This document shows positions 49,180-58,816 of a DNA stretch of 64,000 nt, one piece after another. A model generated the notes under the pieces. The model was given only the letters and a program-made list of their open reading frames with translations. It did not search any database and was not told where the DNA came from. Position 1 is the first letter of the stretch, and each line of letters begins with the position of its first letter. The position numbers and the translations under genes were made by a program. Source of the DNA: Bacteroidota bacterium (GTDB lineage: Bacteria; Bacteroidota; Bacteroidia; Flavobacteriales; Flavobacteriaceae); the NCBI GenBank assembly GCA_041163765.1, contig JBEAQS010000098.1, positions 2,255-66,254 on the forward strand. Direction: 5' to 3'.

Positions 49180-52065
49180 TCAATCAATGATAATATGGTA
49201 AGCCGAACGAACGTCTTCTTGTCGGTAGAAAAACTGCGCCTTCATTTTCTTGGCACGCATTTTTAAATTTTTCACTCCATTGCCCGCAAAGGAATGATCA
49301 AAATCAAAACCGGGTCCATCATCCGAATAGGTCCAAACGATTCGTCTCCTTTGTTCAAACTGTAGCTGACATAATACTCGGCTAGCAGAAGCGTGTTTCG
49401 CGGTGTTGTGCAGCATTTCTTTATACATCATCCACATATTCTGACGAATTAATTGAGGCATTCTACCATCTGGTACAGGACCTAAAACTTGAAAAGAAAA
49501 TACCCATCCTTGAGTTCTAGCCACTTCTTGGCCATGTGCCTGCATCTTTTCTATCATCCCTTGCCAGTGATCGTGTTGTTGATCGATTGACCAAACTATG
49601 TCCGCCAGAGATTCTAAGCCTTTTTTACTGCTGGCTTTGATTTTGTCCATGATCTGAGGGGTTTTCTGAGGTACCATGCCAGCCAGTTGAGCCTGATTCA
49701 TAATTCCACCCAGTAAGCTACCTATCTCATCGTGTAAATCTGCGGCTATTGCGGTGCGCAAACGCTCTTTATCTCTTTGAACCTTCCAGCGAAACCACAA
49801 CAAAACCAAAACCACACTCATGCCTAAAAAAACCAACAGCACCCAAAAAATAGGGCGCTCCAATAATCTGGGAACTTTAATCACCTCAATGGTTTTATAC
49901 ACCGATGAACCCACCACAGCAATGTCCAATTGATACGTTCCTGCCGATAAAAAAGTTAATTCAATATTTCCTTCATCCATCATGGGGGTCCAATCATCCA
50001 ATATTCCGGGAATTCGATACCTCATTCCAGGCCTGGGAACATCTAATGGGCCCAAAGCCCACCTAAGTTGGTTATACGTGTTCTCTGGAAGTATATGAAT
50101 GGCAGAAAGATTTTGATAACCCAAACCAAATTCATTTCTAAGCGGTGTCGTTGGTCCTGATGTTTTCCATTCCGACAGTCGAACATCCAAGGTGTTTTGT
50201 CGCTCATAGGTACTCGGCAAAGGCAGTATGTGCCATCCACCGACACCTCCAGCATACAACGAGTTGTCTACAGGATTGATAGCGTGCGAACCGTGATTGA
50301 ACTCGATGGAGGCCCCTTTGGCACCATGCAAGCCGGAGTATATAGATGGGCCGTCAAGTACAGAATAGCCTCGATCGGTCAAGGCAATCATTGATTTGCC
50401 CGATCGCTCTACACCAAAAACCTGATCGCTCACTAGTCCATCACTAGACTTCCAGGACGCCAACAAACGGCCTTGATGGTCGATAGCCACCAAACCCTGA
50501 CTTTGGGTAGCTAACCATAGGGTGTCTTTGGACCAATAATGGTCATAAACCATAGATTGACCTTGGGCTGGAAAAAGTTTTTTTGGGCCGTGTTCCGATG
50601 AAAAACTATACAGTCCCTGATGACTGCTATACGTGACGATACCCTCGTGAATTTCTATAGCTCTAACACGATTAAACTGGCTAAACCGTTTCCCCTCAAA
50701 GGTCAACGGCTTAACCTCTAGGGTGGTTAAATTTAAGGTCCACAATCCGTCATACCCTCCCAAGTAAATGATCTCGGGCTGAGTATCGGATCGAGCCATC
50801 GCCATCAAATAAATTTCAGGATTCATAGGGGTACCTAACTTGCCTGAAAAGAACGGGGTAATCGTCTGGGTCCTTCGATCAAAAACATCCAAAACACCTC
50901 CTTCGTTTCCTATCAATAACCGATGCTCGTCCAGGGCCAACAAGGCATAGACAATAGTGTATGTGGGAAATCGTTTGGGTACCCCTGTAGGATCAACATA
51001 TACCGCCCCGGAATAACTTGCGTAAAAAAAATCTCCCTGAGGGAAGAAATGTATTCCTCGGGTGCTCTGATTTTCCAAGTCAGGAAAAGGTTGGTAAACC
51101 TTAGGTTGAACACCCCCTAGTGGGACCACATCAATTCCTTGGTCATGCGCCACCAACACTTGGTCACGGTGGTACAAGACCCGATTAAAATCAGGTAATG
51201 TCTTGGATAATCGGTGATCATTCGGTCTATATAGCGATGCCTCATCAAATTGAATAACCCGATTAGGAGAAACTTGAACCCACTGGCCGGATTGATTTTG
51301 AGCGACCAATAACCTATCGTGTTCCATAAATTGATCTAGATGTCGCAGTTGGTTGTTTTGGAACTCAAAAAGCCCTCTTCCACCACCGTGAATCAAAAAA
51401 CCTCCACGGCTTAGAGGAAAAAGCTGACCCTGTTCAAAATTGATCGACTCGTGCCAAACCATTTTTGGGGCAGCATCGGGAAAATACTCCGCCCAATACC
51501 CCTGTTGAAAAGGAATAATCCAACTTTGTGCCCCATAAACAGGTGGATTAAACAATCCAGTAGTTTGAGATACTCTGGGTACCAAATCAGCAACCACCTC
51601 AGAACGTCTACCCTGTACAAATAATAAATGACCTGTTTCAAACCCCAAAATCACTTGATCTTGTTCCGCTTCAATCCACAAAAATTGAGCTTGCGGAAAA
51701 TCAGCGTAAAATTTTTCCAAGACTACGTGATACGTCCAATCCGATAAATCTATATAACCCAAACGGGTTTGTTCAGCGATATACACACGTCCATCAGACG
51801 TAGTAGCGATACCTAAAGGACCTTCTGGATGCCAACCAGAGATACTGTTACCCACATCAACCGCCGACAATCCATCAAAGCGATACACACGACCATTTCT
51901 GATCAACCATAAATATTCCTGATGGTCTATAGCCAAATCTTTTACCACCCAAATGGCTCCATCATTGGATAGAGGCAATCGATAGGAAGCAATGCTCTGG
52001 GCATTGAGCACCCAAAAGAAGCAAATAAAAAAAGTAAGGAGAATTTGTTTTTTGAGGTTAGTCAT
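49180..52065 (-). CDS. sensor histidine kinase with a large beta-propeller/Y_Y_Y-type extracytoplasmic domain
   Basis: Signal peptide at the preferred start, 52065. About 700 aa of propeller-like repeats, a single TM (PIFWVLLVFLGMSVVLVLLWF), HisKA_3 (ADLHDEIGS) and a HATPase_c C-terminus (DDGPGF, GNGVKN). Confidence 0.8.
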   Translation of the reverse strand: MTNLKKQILLTFFICFFWVLNAQSIASYRLPLSNDGAIWVVKDLAIDHQEYLWLIRNGRVYRFDGLSAVDVGNSISGWHPEGPLGIATTSDGRVYIAEQTRLGYIDLSDWTYHVVLEKFYADFPQAQFLWIEAEQDQVILGFETGHLLFVQGRRSEVVADLVPRVSQTTGLFNPPVYGAQSWIIPFQQGYWAEYFPDAAPKMVWHESINFEQGQLFPLSRGGFLIHGGGRGLFEFQNNQLRHLDQFMEHDRLLVAQNQSGQWVQVSPNRVIQFDEASLYRPNDHRLSKTLPDFNRVLYHRDQVLVAHDQGIDVVPLGGVQPKVYQPFPDLENQSTRGIHFFPQGDFFYASYSGAVYVDPTGVPKRFPTYTIVYALLALDEHRLLIGNEGGVLDVFDRRTQTITPFFSGKLGTPMNPEIYLMAMARSDTQPEIIYLGGYDGLWTLNLTTLEVKPLTFEGKRFSQFNRVRAIEIHEGIVTYSSHQGLYSFSSEHGPKKLFPAQGQSMVYDHYWSKDTLWLATQSQGLVAIDHQGRLLASWKSSDGLVSDQVFGVERSGKSMIALTDRGYSVLDGPSIYSGLHGAKGASIEFNHGSHAINPVDNSLYAGGVGGWHILPLPSTYERQNTLDVRLSEWKTSGPTTPLRNEFGLGYQNLSAIHILPENTYNQLRWALGPLDVPRPGMRYRIPGILDDWTPMMDEGNIELTFLSAGTYQLDIAVVGSSVYKTIEVIKVPRLLERPIFWVLLVFLGMSVVLVLLWFRWKVQRDKERLRTAIAADLHDEIGSLLGGIMNQAQLAGMVPQKTPQIMDKIKASSKKGLESLADIVWSIDQQHDHWQGMIEKMQAHGQEVARTQGWVFSFQVLGPVPDGRMPQLIRQNMWMMYKEMLHNTAKHASASRVLCQLQFEQRRRIVWTYSDDGPGFDFDHSFAGNGVKNLKMRAKKMKAQFFYRQEDVRSAYHIIID

Positions 52066-52140
52066 AAAGATAAAACTACCTCTTTCATCCATGAGGAGGA
52101 TTATTATTCGATGATCGGTAAAATTAAATCGACCAAATGT

Positions 52141-52797
52141 CTACAAGGCCAACACTAACAATTCATTTCGCCTCAATTGAATTTTCCCCTCATTTTCCAG
52201 CTTCTTCAGCAGCCTGGAGACCACAACTCGTGACGTATTTAAATCCTTGGCTATTTCATGGTGGGTTGTTTTAAGCGTGTCGTTACCCGCTACCATGGCT
52301 TTGTCCTGTAAGTATTTGAGCAGCCGTTCATCCATACGCATAAACGCCAGAGTGTCCACCGTATCCAATAGCTCCACCATACGCATGTGGTAACTCTCCA
52401 CAATAAACTGTTGCCATGTGGGGTAATTTGCCATCCATAGGGTCATATATTTTACCGGGATCATGATTAATTCAACATCTGATTCAGCTACCGTTCTAAC
52501 CTGGCTTTTATGGGAGCCCAAACAACAGCTAAATGACATGGCGCACGTATCCCCTTTTTCGATGAAATAGAGCACTAACTCATTACCCTCTTTGTCCTCG
52601 CGTAGCACTTTAATGGCTCCTGACAGCAAAAGGGGCATAAACTTTAGTGTGTCTCCTATATCCATCAGCTCTGTTCCCTCTTGGGCTGTTTTATAGGTGC
52701 CCACCTGAAGTACCTCTTCTAACAAGGCAGGCTCTAGCAAAAAACCGTATTGCTGCTGAAGCAAATCAATTACATATGGATCAGTTATTTGTGACAT
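52141..52797 (-). CDS. Crp/Fnr family transcriptional regulator
   Basis: cNMP-binding-like beta-roll followed by a C-terminal HTH (HEIAKDLNTSRVVVSRLLKKLE). Confidence 0.8.
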   Translation of the reverse strand: MSQITDPYVIDLLQQQYGFLLEPALLEEVLQVGTYKTAQEGTELMDIGDTLKFMPLLLSGAIKVLREDKEGNELVLYFIEKGDTCAMSFSCCLGSHKSQVRTVAESDVELIMIPVKYMTLWMANYPTWQQFIVESYHMRMVELLDTVDTLAFMRMDERLLKYLQDKAMVAGNDTLKTTHHEIAKDLNTSRVVVSRLLKKLENEGKIQLRRNELLVLAL

Positions 52798-52854
52798 AGT
52801 TCATGTATAAAGCAGCAAAATAGATCATTTTAGGCAACAGGTCAAGGATTCTAC

Positions 52855-54093
52855 TCACTTAAACTGTACGGTACGTATCGGATGGATCGAGGCCACTACG
52901 CGAGCTGGAACGAGTAGCAGTAAAACACTACCTGCTAAAACCACCGCGTTTAATAGCAGCCATGAGTAAATATCCAAGGATACAGGAACATAATTGATGT
53001 AATAATCCTGGGGGTTGGGAAATTCAATCCACCTCCAATAATACTGAGTCCCCAAAAAAATAAGCCCTAAAACATTACCCCAAAACATTCCTTTAAACAC
53101 CAATCCACTGGCATTGTAGAGAAAAATACGCTGAATATCTCTGTTGGTTGCCCCCAAGGTTTTCAATACACCTATGGTTGAAGTACGATCCAGAATGATA
53201 ACCAACAAAGCCGTAACCATATTTAGCCCCCCTACCAACAACATAATCGACACCACTAGAGCAATATTAAAATCAAACAAATCAATCCATTCAAATATAG
53301 CGCTAAACCGTTGCTTGATACTGCGGACATCCCAATCTGAGGGCGTGGCATCGTAGGCGTTAAAGGCAATTTCATCCAGGTCATCAAAGGAACTTACTTT
53401 GAGCTCTAGCTGACCTACTTCATCTGGAGACCAACCGTTTAACTGACGCAAAGTAGCTATATCCATCCAAAGGTACTGGGCATCTAAGCTTTCAAATCCA
53501 CTTTCATAAATACCCACCACATCAAATTTGCGCTGGCTGGGTATTCCCTGGGAGGTGTGATTGATAAAAAAACCGCGACACTCATCCCCTACGTTGAGTT
53601 GAAGTTTCTGAGCCAGTGTTTTCGACAGTAAAATCTCGGTATTTTGTGGCTTTCCCCACTGGGGCAATCTTCCGCTGATCAATAAGCTGCGCAACGGTGC
53701 CGTATCGTAGTCTATGCCAATGCCTTTAGCGATAAACCCCTCAAAGGTGTCTTCAGTGCGAATTAATCCCGCTTTTTGAATCACTCCCTGAACCTGTTGA
53801 ACCCCAGGCAGTTTAGCTAGTCTATCTTTTTGTGCTGTATCTACCCTTAATGGTTTTAAATGAACTTGAGATTGGTTGTGATCCATGTGAATCACTTGAA
53901 TATGGCCTTCAAAAGCAGCAATTTTATCGCGAATAACCATTTTCAATCCACGACCTGTACCCATAGCCACCAACATCATAACCATGCCTAGGGCAATCGC
54001 GCCGATAGCGATTTGAATGATTGGCGCAGAAGCCTTACTTTTATCTGAGGTACCCAAGCGCAGGCGCCTAGCAATAAACAAACTAAAATTCAA
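52855..54093 (-). CDS. FtsX-like ABC transporter permease (LolC/E family)
   Basis: N-terminus NFSLFIARRL, MacB-like periplasmic domain and a C-terminal FtsX domain (TLGAT...I..IF). The apparent start is a TTG at 54093. Confidence 0.8.
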   Translation of the reverse strand: MNFSLFIARRLRLGTSDKSKASAPIIQIAIGAIALGMVMMLVAMGTGRGLKMVIRDKIAAFEGHIQVIHMDHNQSQVHLKPLRVDTAQKDRLAKLPGVQQVQGVIQKAGLIRTEDTFEGFIAKGIGIDYDTAPLRSLLISGRLPQWGKPQNTEILLSKTLAQKLQLNVGDECRGFFINHTSQGIPSQRKFDVVGIYESGFESLDAQYLWMDIATLRQLNGWSPDEVGQLELKVSSFDDLDEIAFNAYDATPSDWDVRSIKQRFSAIFEWIDLFDFNIALVVSIMLLVGGLNMVTALLVIILDRTSTIGVLKTLGATNRDIQRIFLYNASGLVFKGMFWGNVLGLIFLGTQYYWRWIEFPNPQDYYINYVPVSLDIYSWLLLNAVVLAGSVLLLLVPARVVASIHPIRTVQFK

Positions 54094-55331
54094 TGAGAAC
54101 TGGGTTGATTCACGTCAAAAATACCATTTTATCGCTTGTTGTGGCTTTGTGTTTCGGCAATATTAGCCTTCAAGCCCAAACCAAATCACCACAACCCGTG
54201 GTTGGAGCGGCTCAATTATCGAGTTATCTAGGGAAATTAAAACAGAAAAATATAGCGATTGTTGCCAACCAAACCTCAGTCATAGCTGGCAAACACGGAT
54301 ATACGCACCTGGTAGACACCTTGAACCATCTCGGTGTTTCGGTGGTTAAGGTATTTGCCCCAGAACACGGGTTCCGAGGAAGTCAAGACGCCGGAGCGGA
54401 TGTGTTGGACGATAAAGATCCGAAAACAGGTATTCCCTTAATTTCTCTACACGGAGTCAATCGCAAACCAAAACCAGCACATTTAGACGGGGTAGACCTT
54501 GTTGTTTTTGACATTCAAGATGTTGGTGTGCGTTTTTACACCTACATCGCAACACTTCAGTTGGTGATGCAAGCCTGCGCGGAACAAGGAGTCCCAATAT
54601 TGGTTCTGGACAGACCTAATCCAAATGCTCACTTGATTGATGGACCAGTGATGGAATGGGAAAACAAAAGTTTTTTAGGCATGACACCCATTCCATTGCT
54701 CTACGGAATGACTATCGGCGAATACGCCCTAATGTTAGCGGATCAGCCGAGTTGGCTATGGGAAACCTATGGACCTGCAGGAGGCAGCATTGGCCCTAAA
54801 GTCCAGATCGAAGTTGTTCCTGTAGCTCACTATACACACTATACCCCTTATGAGTTATCGATACCTCCTTCACCTAATCTAAGAGAATCCCAAGCAGTGG
54901 CGCTCTACCCAAGTCTGGGTTTATTTGAAGGCACTACATGGAATGCAGGCCGGGGAACAGAACGACCGTTCACGCAAGTGGGTAGCCCCATGGGTGATCC
55001 TAAACACTTCAAACACACGTATACACCGGTAGCTCGACCAGGGGCCACAGACCCGAAACACAAGAACAAATTATGCTATGGATTAGACCTCAGCGGGGTG
55101 ACTGACATCCAAGGGATAAGACTGAACTGGTTGATCGAGGCCTACCAAAACAGCTCAGATAAAAGTCAGTTTTTCTTGGATCCTGGCTTTAAAAAGCATG
55201 CGGGTAATTCTGTGCTTCAACAACAGATTGAATCTGGGATGAGCGAGCAAAACATCAAGAAAACTTGGCAGCGAGGTTTAGCTGAATTCAAGCGGATACG
55301 CCAGAACTACTTGTTGTACCCTGAGCAATAA
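54093..55331 (+). CDS. DUF1343 domain protein (NamZ-like exo-beta-N-acetylmuramidase family)
   Basis: Signal peptide, then VFAPEHGFRG, DIQDVG.RFYTY and LDRPNP motifs characteristic of DUF1343. Confidence 0.8.
   Translation: MRTGLIHVKNTILSLVVALCFGNISLQAQTKSPQPVVGAAQLSSYLGKLKQKNIAIVANQTSVIAGKHGYTHLVDTLNHLGVSVVKVFAPEHGFRGSQDAGADVLDDKDPKTGIPLISLHGVNRKPKPAHLDGVDLVVFDIQDVGVRFYTYIATLQLVMQACAEQGVPILVLDRPNPNAHLIDGPVMEWENKSFLGMTPIPLLYGMTIGEYALMLADQPSWLWETYGPAGGSIGPKVQIEVVPVAHYTHYTPYELSIPPSPNLRESQAVALYPSLGLFEGTTWNAGRGTERPFTQVGSPMGDPKHFKHTYTPVARPGATDPKHKNKLCYGLDLSGVTDIQGIRLNWLIEAYQNSSDKSQFFLDPGFKKHAGNSVLQQQIESGMSEQNIKKTWQRGLAEFKRIRQNYLLYPEQ
54116..54123 (-). promoter_or_regulatory. -7 promoter box (TATTTTTG) for the FtsX-like permease gene, embedded in the divergent gene
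   Basis: Exact TAnnTTTG on the minus strand, 22 nt upstream of the TTG start. Lies inside the DUF1343 coding sequence. Confidence 0.35.
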
Positions 55332-56159
55332 TCATTTTTGAGGAGGGCTTTTATACGGTTTAAAAGCCAAGGCCAACAAATATTTTAGACGACTGTTTTG
55401 TTCGGCATCTGGATAAGTGTCCACACCAAAAACTACGCGGTCAGCTGGAAGGTATTGGTAGGTGCCAAAAACACGGTCCCAGAGAGAAAAAATATTTCCG
55501 TAATTGGCATCCGTATAGGGCAGCTGGTGGTGGTGGTGGATTTGGTGCATATTGGGGGTAACCACAACCCACTGAAGCCACTGATTCACCCAATGGGGCA
55601 ATAAAATATTGGCGTGGTTAAATTGAGACAGCACCACAGAAAGGCTTTGATAAAGCATGATCACACCCACGGAAGCACCGGTAACCCATACAGCCAGCAA
55701 GGTAAATCCAAAACGCACAACACTTTCCATCGGATGGTGTCTATTGGCCGTGGTGGTATCCACTTCGTGATCCGTATGGTGGATTAAATGAAATCCCCAA
55801 AGCACTTTTACTTTATGCTCAGACCAATGAGCAAAATAGGCCCCAATCAAATCGAGTAAGGCCACCCCAACCACTACCTGAGCCCAAAAAGGGATGCCGG
55901 TCAGCCAGTGAAGCAGGCCCCATTGGTGGATTTGTGTCCAGTCACTAAGCCATAATAGGAGTCCCGCTAGAGAAAAATTAACCAGAATAGTCGTGGCTGT
56001 GAAAAAGAAATTCAGTCCAGCGTGTTTGGTTTTTTTATAATGCATCAATCGCCCAGGCAGACCGCTTTCAAGCATCCAAAAAAAGGCGATTCCCCCAACC
56101 AGTATAGCACTTCTGTGCCACGTGGGGATAGTTTCGAAATAATTGATCAAATACTCCAT
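55332..56159 (-). CDS. sterol desaturase / fatty acid hydroxylase family protein
   Basis: Multi-TM with three His boxes (HWSEH, HLIHHTDH, HQIHHHH). Confidence 0.8.
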   Translation of the reverse strand: MEYLINYFETIPTWHRSAILVGGIAFFWMLESGLPGRLMHYKKTKHAGLNFFFTATTILVNFSLAGLLLWLSDWTQIHQWGLLHWLTGIPFWAQVVVGVALLDLIGAYFAHWSEHKVKVLWGFHLIHHTDHEVDTTTANRHHPMESVVRFGFTLLAVWVTGASVGVIMLYQSLSVVLSQFNHANILLPHWVNQWLQWVVVTPNMHQIHHHHQLPYTDANYGNIFSLWDRVFGTYQYLPADRVVFGVDTYPDAEQNSRLKYLLALAFKPYKSPPQK

Positions 56160-56191
56160 AGCGTACAGATGTCCTTTACAAAGGAAATATA

Positions 56192-56683
56192 CTACTTTAT
56201 TTCTTTTTTCATCTGCTCGACCACCTCAAAAGCTGCGGGGCAAATAGCGGTGTTTTTCAGTGTGATTTCTGCGATTTGATAAATCTTAGGTCGATCTGTA
56301 TGGGGATATTCCGCACAGGCTTTAGGCCGCACCTCATATATTGCGCACTTATTATCCCCTGCTAAAAAGGGACAAGGAAGTTGCTGCAATACCTGGTCTC
56401 CATCCTCATCCACGCGAAGATAGGTTTCGATGAATTTCTGTGGGGTAAGTCTCAAATGTTTAGCGATGCGGACAATATCCTTGTCTGTATACAAGGGACC
56501 CGTGGTGGTGCAACATTGCGCGCAATCTAAACAATCGATACGTTTAAACACCTCGTGATGTATGCGCAAGACTTGTTGGTCAAGCTTTTTCGGGGGACGT
56601 TTTTTGAGTTGTTGAAAAAACTGCCTATTCTCTTTGAGGCGTTGCGCAGCCCATGAAGGAAGCTTGTTGAGCCACTCTTCCAC
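56192..56683 (-). CDS. YkgJ family cysteine-cluster protein (UPF0153)
   Basis: CLDCAQCC...CPFL....CAIYE.RP.AC pattern. The GTG at 56683, 1 nt after the queE stop, is preferred over the ATG at 56758, which would overlap queE by 74 nt. The start is uncertain. Confidence 0.65.
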   Translation of the reverse strand: MEEWLNKLPSWAAQRLKENRQFFQQLKKRPPKKLDQQVLRIHHEVFKRIDCLDCAQCCTTTGPLYTDKDIVRIAKHLRLTPQKFIETYLRVDEDGDQVLQQLPCPFLAGDNKCAIYEVRPKACAEYPHTDRPKIYQIAEITLKNTAICPAAFEVVEQMKKEIK

Positions 56684-56684
56684 C

Positions 56685-57311
56685 TTAAGGAATGTTGAGG
56701 TATTTATGGGTCTGAATGGACACCTTCCACTTTGGGTGAGCCATGACATAATCGACAATGAGCGGCATCACCTTTTCGCGAACACTCCACTCAGGTTGTA
56801 GGTATAAGTGGCACTCTGAATTTACCTTTTGCGCCTGCTCCTCGGCCCAAATCAAATCGTGTTTGTTGTACACAATTACCTTGAGTTCATCGGCTATAGA
56901 ATAAGCTTCAGCTAGGGGTGCCTTATTTTTTTTTGGAGATAAGCAGACCCAATCCCAATGACCGGAGAAAGGATAGGCCCCAGATGTTTCAATGTGGATG
57001 GCCAATCCATTCTTTTTCAATGCTTCGGTGAGCGGTCCCATGGGCCATGTCAAGGGCTCACCACCAGTCACCACAATAGTCTGGTACGGCTTAGCTGCTG
57101 CTACTATTTCATCTACCCAAGTAGCTGGGTGCCGTTGGGGATCCCAACTTTCTTTGACGTCACACCAATGACAACCAACATCACACCCTCCTACCCTGAT
57201 AAAATAGGCCGCTTTTCCTTGATGAAAACCCTCACCTTGGATGGTGTAAAAGGCTTCCATGAGTGGAAGGGCCACTCCTTTATCGACAAACGAAGGTTCG
57301 ATTGAATTCAT
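56685..57311 (-). CDS. queE: 7-carboxy-7-deazaguanine synthase QueE (radical SAM)
   Basis: EAFYTIQGEG...G....FIR..GCDVGCHWCD (CX3CX2C) and VVTGGEP motifs. Confidence 0.85.
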   Translation of the reverse strand: MNSIEPSFVDKGVALPLMEAFYTIQGEGFHQGKAAYFIRVGGCDVGCHWCDVKESWDPQRHPATWVDEIVAAAKPYQTIVVTGGEPLTWPMGPLTEALKKNGLAIHIETSGAYPFSGHWDWVCLSPKKNKAPLAEAYSIADELKVIVYNKHDLIWAEEQAQKVNSECHLYLQPEWSVREKVMPLIVDYVMAHPKWKVSIQTHKYLNIP

Positions 57312-57315
57312 GGGG

Positions 57316-57323
57316 CAAATATA
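57316..57323 (-). promoter_or_regulatory. -7 promoter box (TATATTTG) 4 nt upstream of the queE ATG
   Basis: The minus strand reads TATATTTG-CCCC-ATG. Confidence 0.4.
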
Positions 57324-57425
57324 ACCTTTTGGTCCGCAAAGGACTAGTAAAAATACACCCTGATTTCCCGGTTATTTGCCGGTGATTTCTACAAATTGGT
57401 TACATTCGCAACAGAGAATTTATCT

Positions 57426-57974
57426 ATGAAAAAAAGAATAGTACTGATAGGTCTTTTCGCGCTCATCACCGCGTGCAATCAGGAATCTCCCTTCACTATG
57501 GGTGAGGGACGGGTGGGATTGCTCAACAAAGAAACCCCTATCCATAGCTTGTTTACGGTATTTGCCGCAGATTCAGTGGCAGTAGATACCGTGGCTCTTG
57601 AAGCTGATGCCGTTGTCGAACCTATTAAAGTATATGAAAAAGGTGGGGCTCATTTATTGACCATCACCCCTACCCAAGACAGCATCCAATTGGTCAAACA
57701 CATACGTGTGATGGACCCGCGATACACTACCTCTAAAGGAATTCATTTAGGCAGCACCTTCGATGAGTTAAAGAAAGTCTATGAAATTGAGAAGGTGACC
57801 GGCTCACTGAAATCAGTCATGGTTACCCTGAAGGGTGTCGATGAATACGTGACTTTTGACCGGGAAGTGTTGCCAGAAAATATCCGTTGGAGTCTTGACG
57901 CATCTATTGAAGCCTTTCAAATTCCGGATAATGCCCAGATCAAACACCTGATGATCAACTGGGGTGATCGATGA
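57426..57974 (+). CDS. hypothetical lipoprotein
   Basis: Start at the ATG at 57426 gives MKKRIVLIGLFALITAC (lipobox). No recognisable domain. Confidence 0.5.
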   Translation: MKKRIVLIGLFALITACNQESPFTMGEGRVGLLNKETPIHSLFTVFAADSVAVDTVALEADAVVEPIKVYEKGGAHLLTITPTQDSIQLVKHIRVMDPRYTTSKGIHLGSTFDELKKVYEIEKVTGSLKSVMVTLKGVDEYVTFDREVLPENIRWSLDASIEAFQIPDNAQIKHLMINWGDR

Positions 57975-58816
57975 AAAAAACACTCCAGAAGTTACTGCCT
58001 TTAGCCTACGGAGGTTTTTTTAACAGCCTGTCCTATATAGCACAACCTTGGGTGGCACAAAAGGCATTTACCCTTTTTGTTTCGCCTAGAAAAGGAAAAA
58101 TCCTTCCGCACCAGCAAGCATTCTTGCAAAATGCCATTTCAGAGGTAGTGGAACTTGAAGGATTGGCCATACAAACTTATACCTGGCCAGGTACTGGCCC
58201 CACCGTACTTTTATTTCACGGTTGGGAGAGCAACGCCTTTAGATGGAGAAAGTTAATCGAAGTACTCCGTCCGTTGAATTACCACATCATTGCCCTTGAT
58301 GCACCAGCCCATGGAGCATCTGCTGGTAAGGTACTCCACGTACCGCTTTACCAAAAAATTGCGGCAGGAATGATGGAGCGTTTCCGTCCTCAATTTGCCG
58401 TAGGCCATTCCATGGGGGGAATGATGCTGTTATATCACCAACACTTGGGGGGCACGGAATCACTCAAAGGATTAGTCATTCTAGGGGCTCCTGCTGATTT
58501 AAAAAACATCATGAAACAGTACAAATCCATACTTAAACTCAACAAAAAAGTATTCGATGGATTGGATGAACTGTTTAAATCAGACTTTAATTTTCGAATT
58601 GATGATTTTTCGGTGGCTGAATTCAGCAAATCATATACCATTCCAGGGCTGTTAGTACACGATAAAAAAGACTTAATCGTGCCTTACTCGAGTGCTGAAA
58701 AAATTGCCCGGAATTGGAAAACTGCCGAACTGATAACTACAGAAGGACATGGTCATTCCCTGCATCAAAAGGAAATAAACGAGGCCATCGGTCGATTTAT
58801 GACCAAGATCAATTAA
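57971..58816 (+). CDS. alpha/beta hydrolase
   Basis: HGW oxyanion region and a nucleophile elbow GHSMGG. ATGA overlap with the upstream gene. Confidence 0.75.
   Translation: MKKTLQKLLPLAYGGFFNSLSYIAQPWVAQKAFTLFVSPRKGKILPHQQAFLQNAISEVVELEGLAIQTYTWPGTGPTVLLFHGWESNAFRWRKLIEVLRPLNYHIIALDAPAHGASAGKVLHVPLYQKIAAGMMERFRPQFAVGHSMGGMMLLYHQHLGGTESLKGLVILGAPADLKNIMKQYKSILKLNKKVFDGLDELFKSDFNFRIDDFSVAEFSKSYTIPGLLVHDKKDLIVPYSSAEKIARNWKTAELITTEGHGHSLHQKEINEAIGRFMTKIN

Noticed and set aside
57312-57425. Possible preQ1 riboswitch upstream of queE.
   Set aside because: A -7 promoter box sits 4 nt from the ATG, leaving no leader. The only hairpin (AGTCC-TTTGC-GGACC, around 57330-57345) lies upstream of that box and does not resemble the compact preQ1 aptamer.
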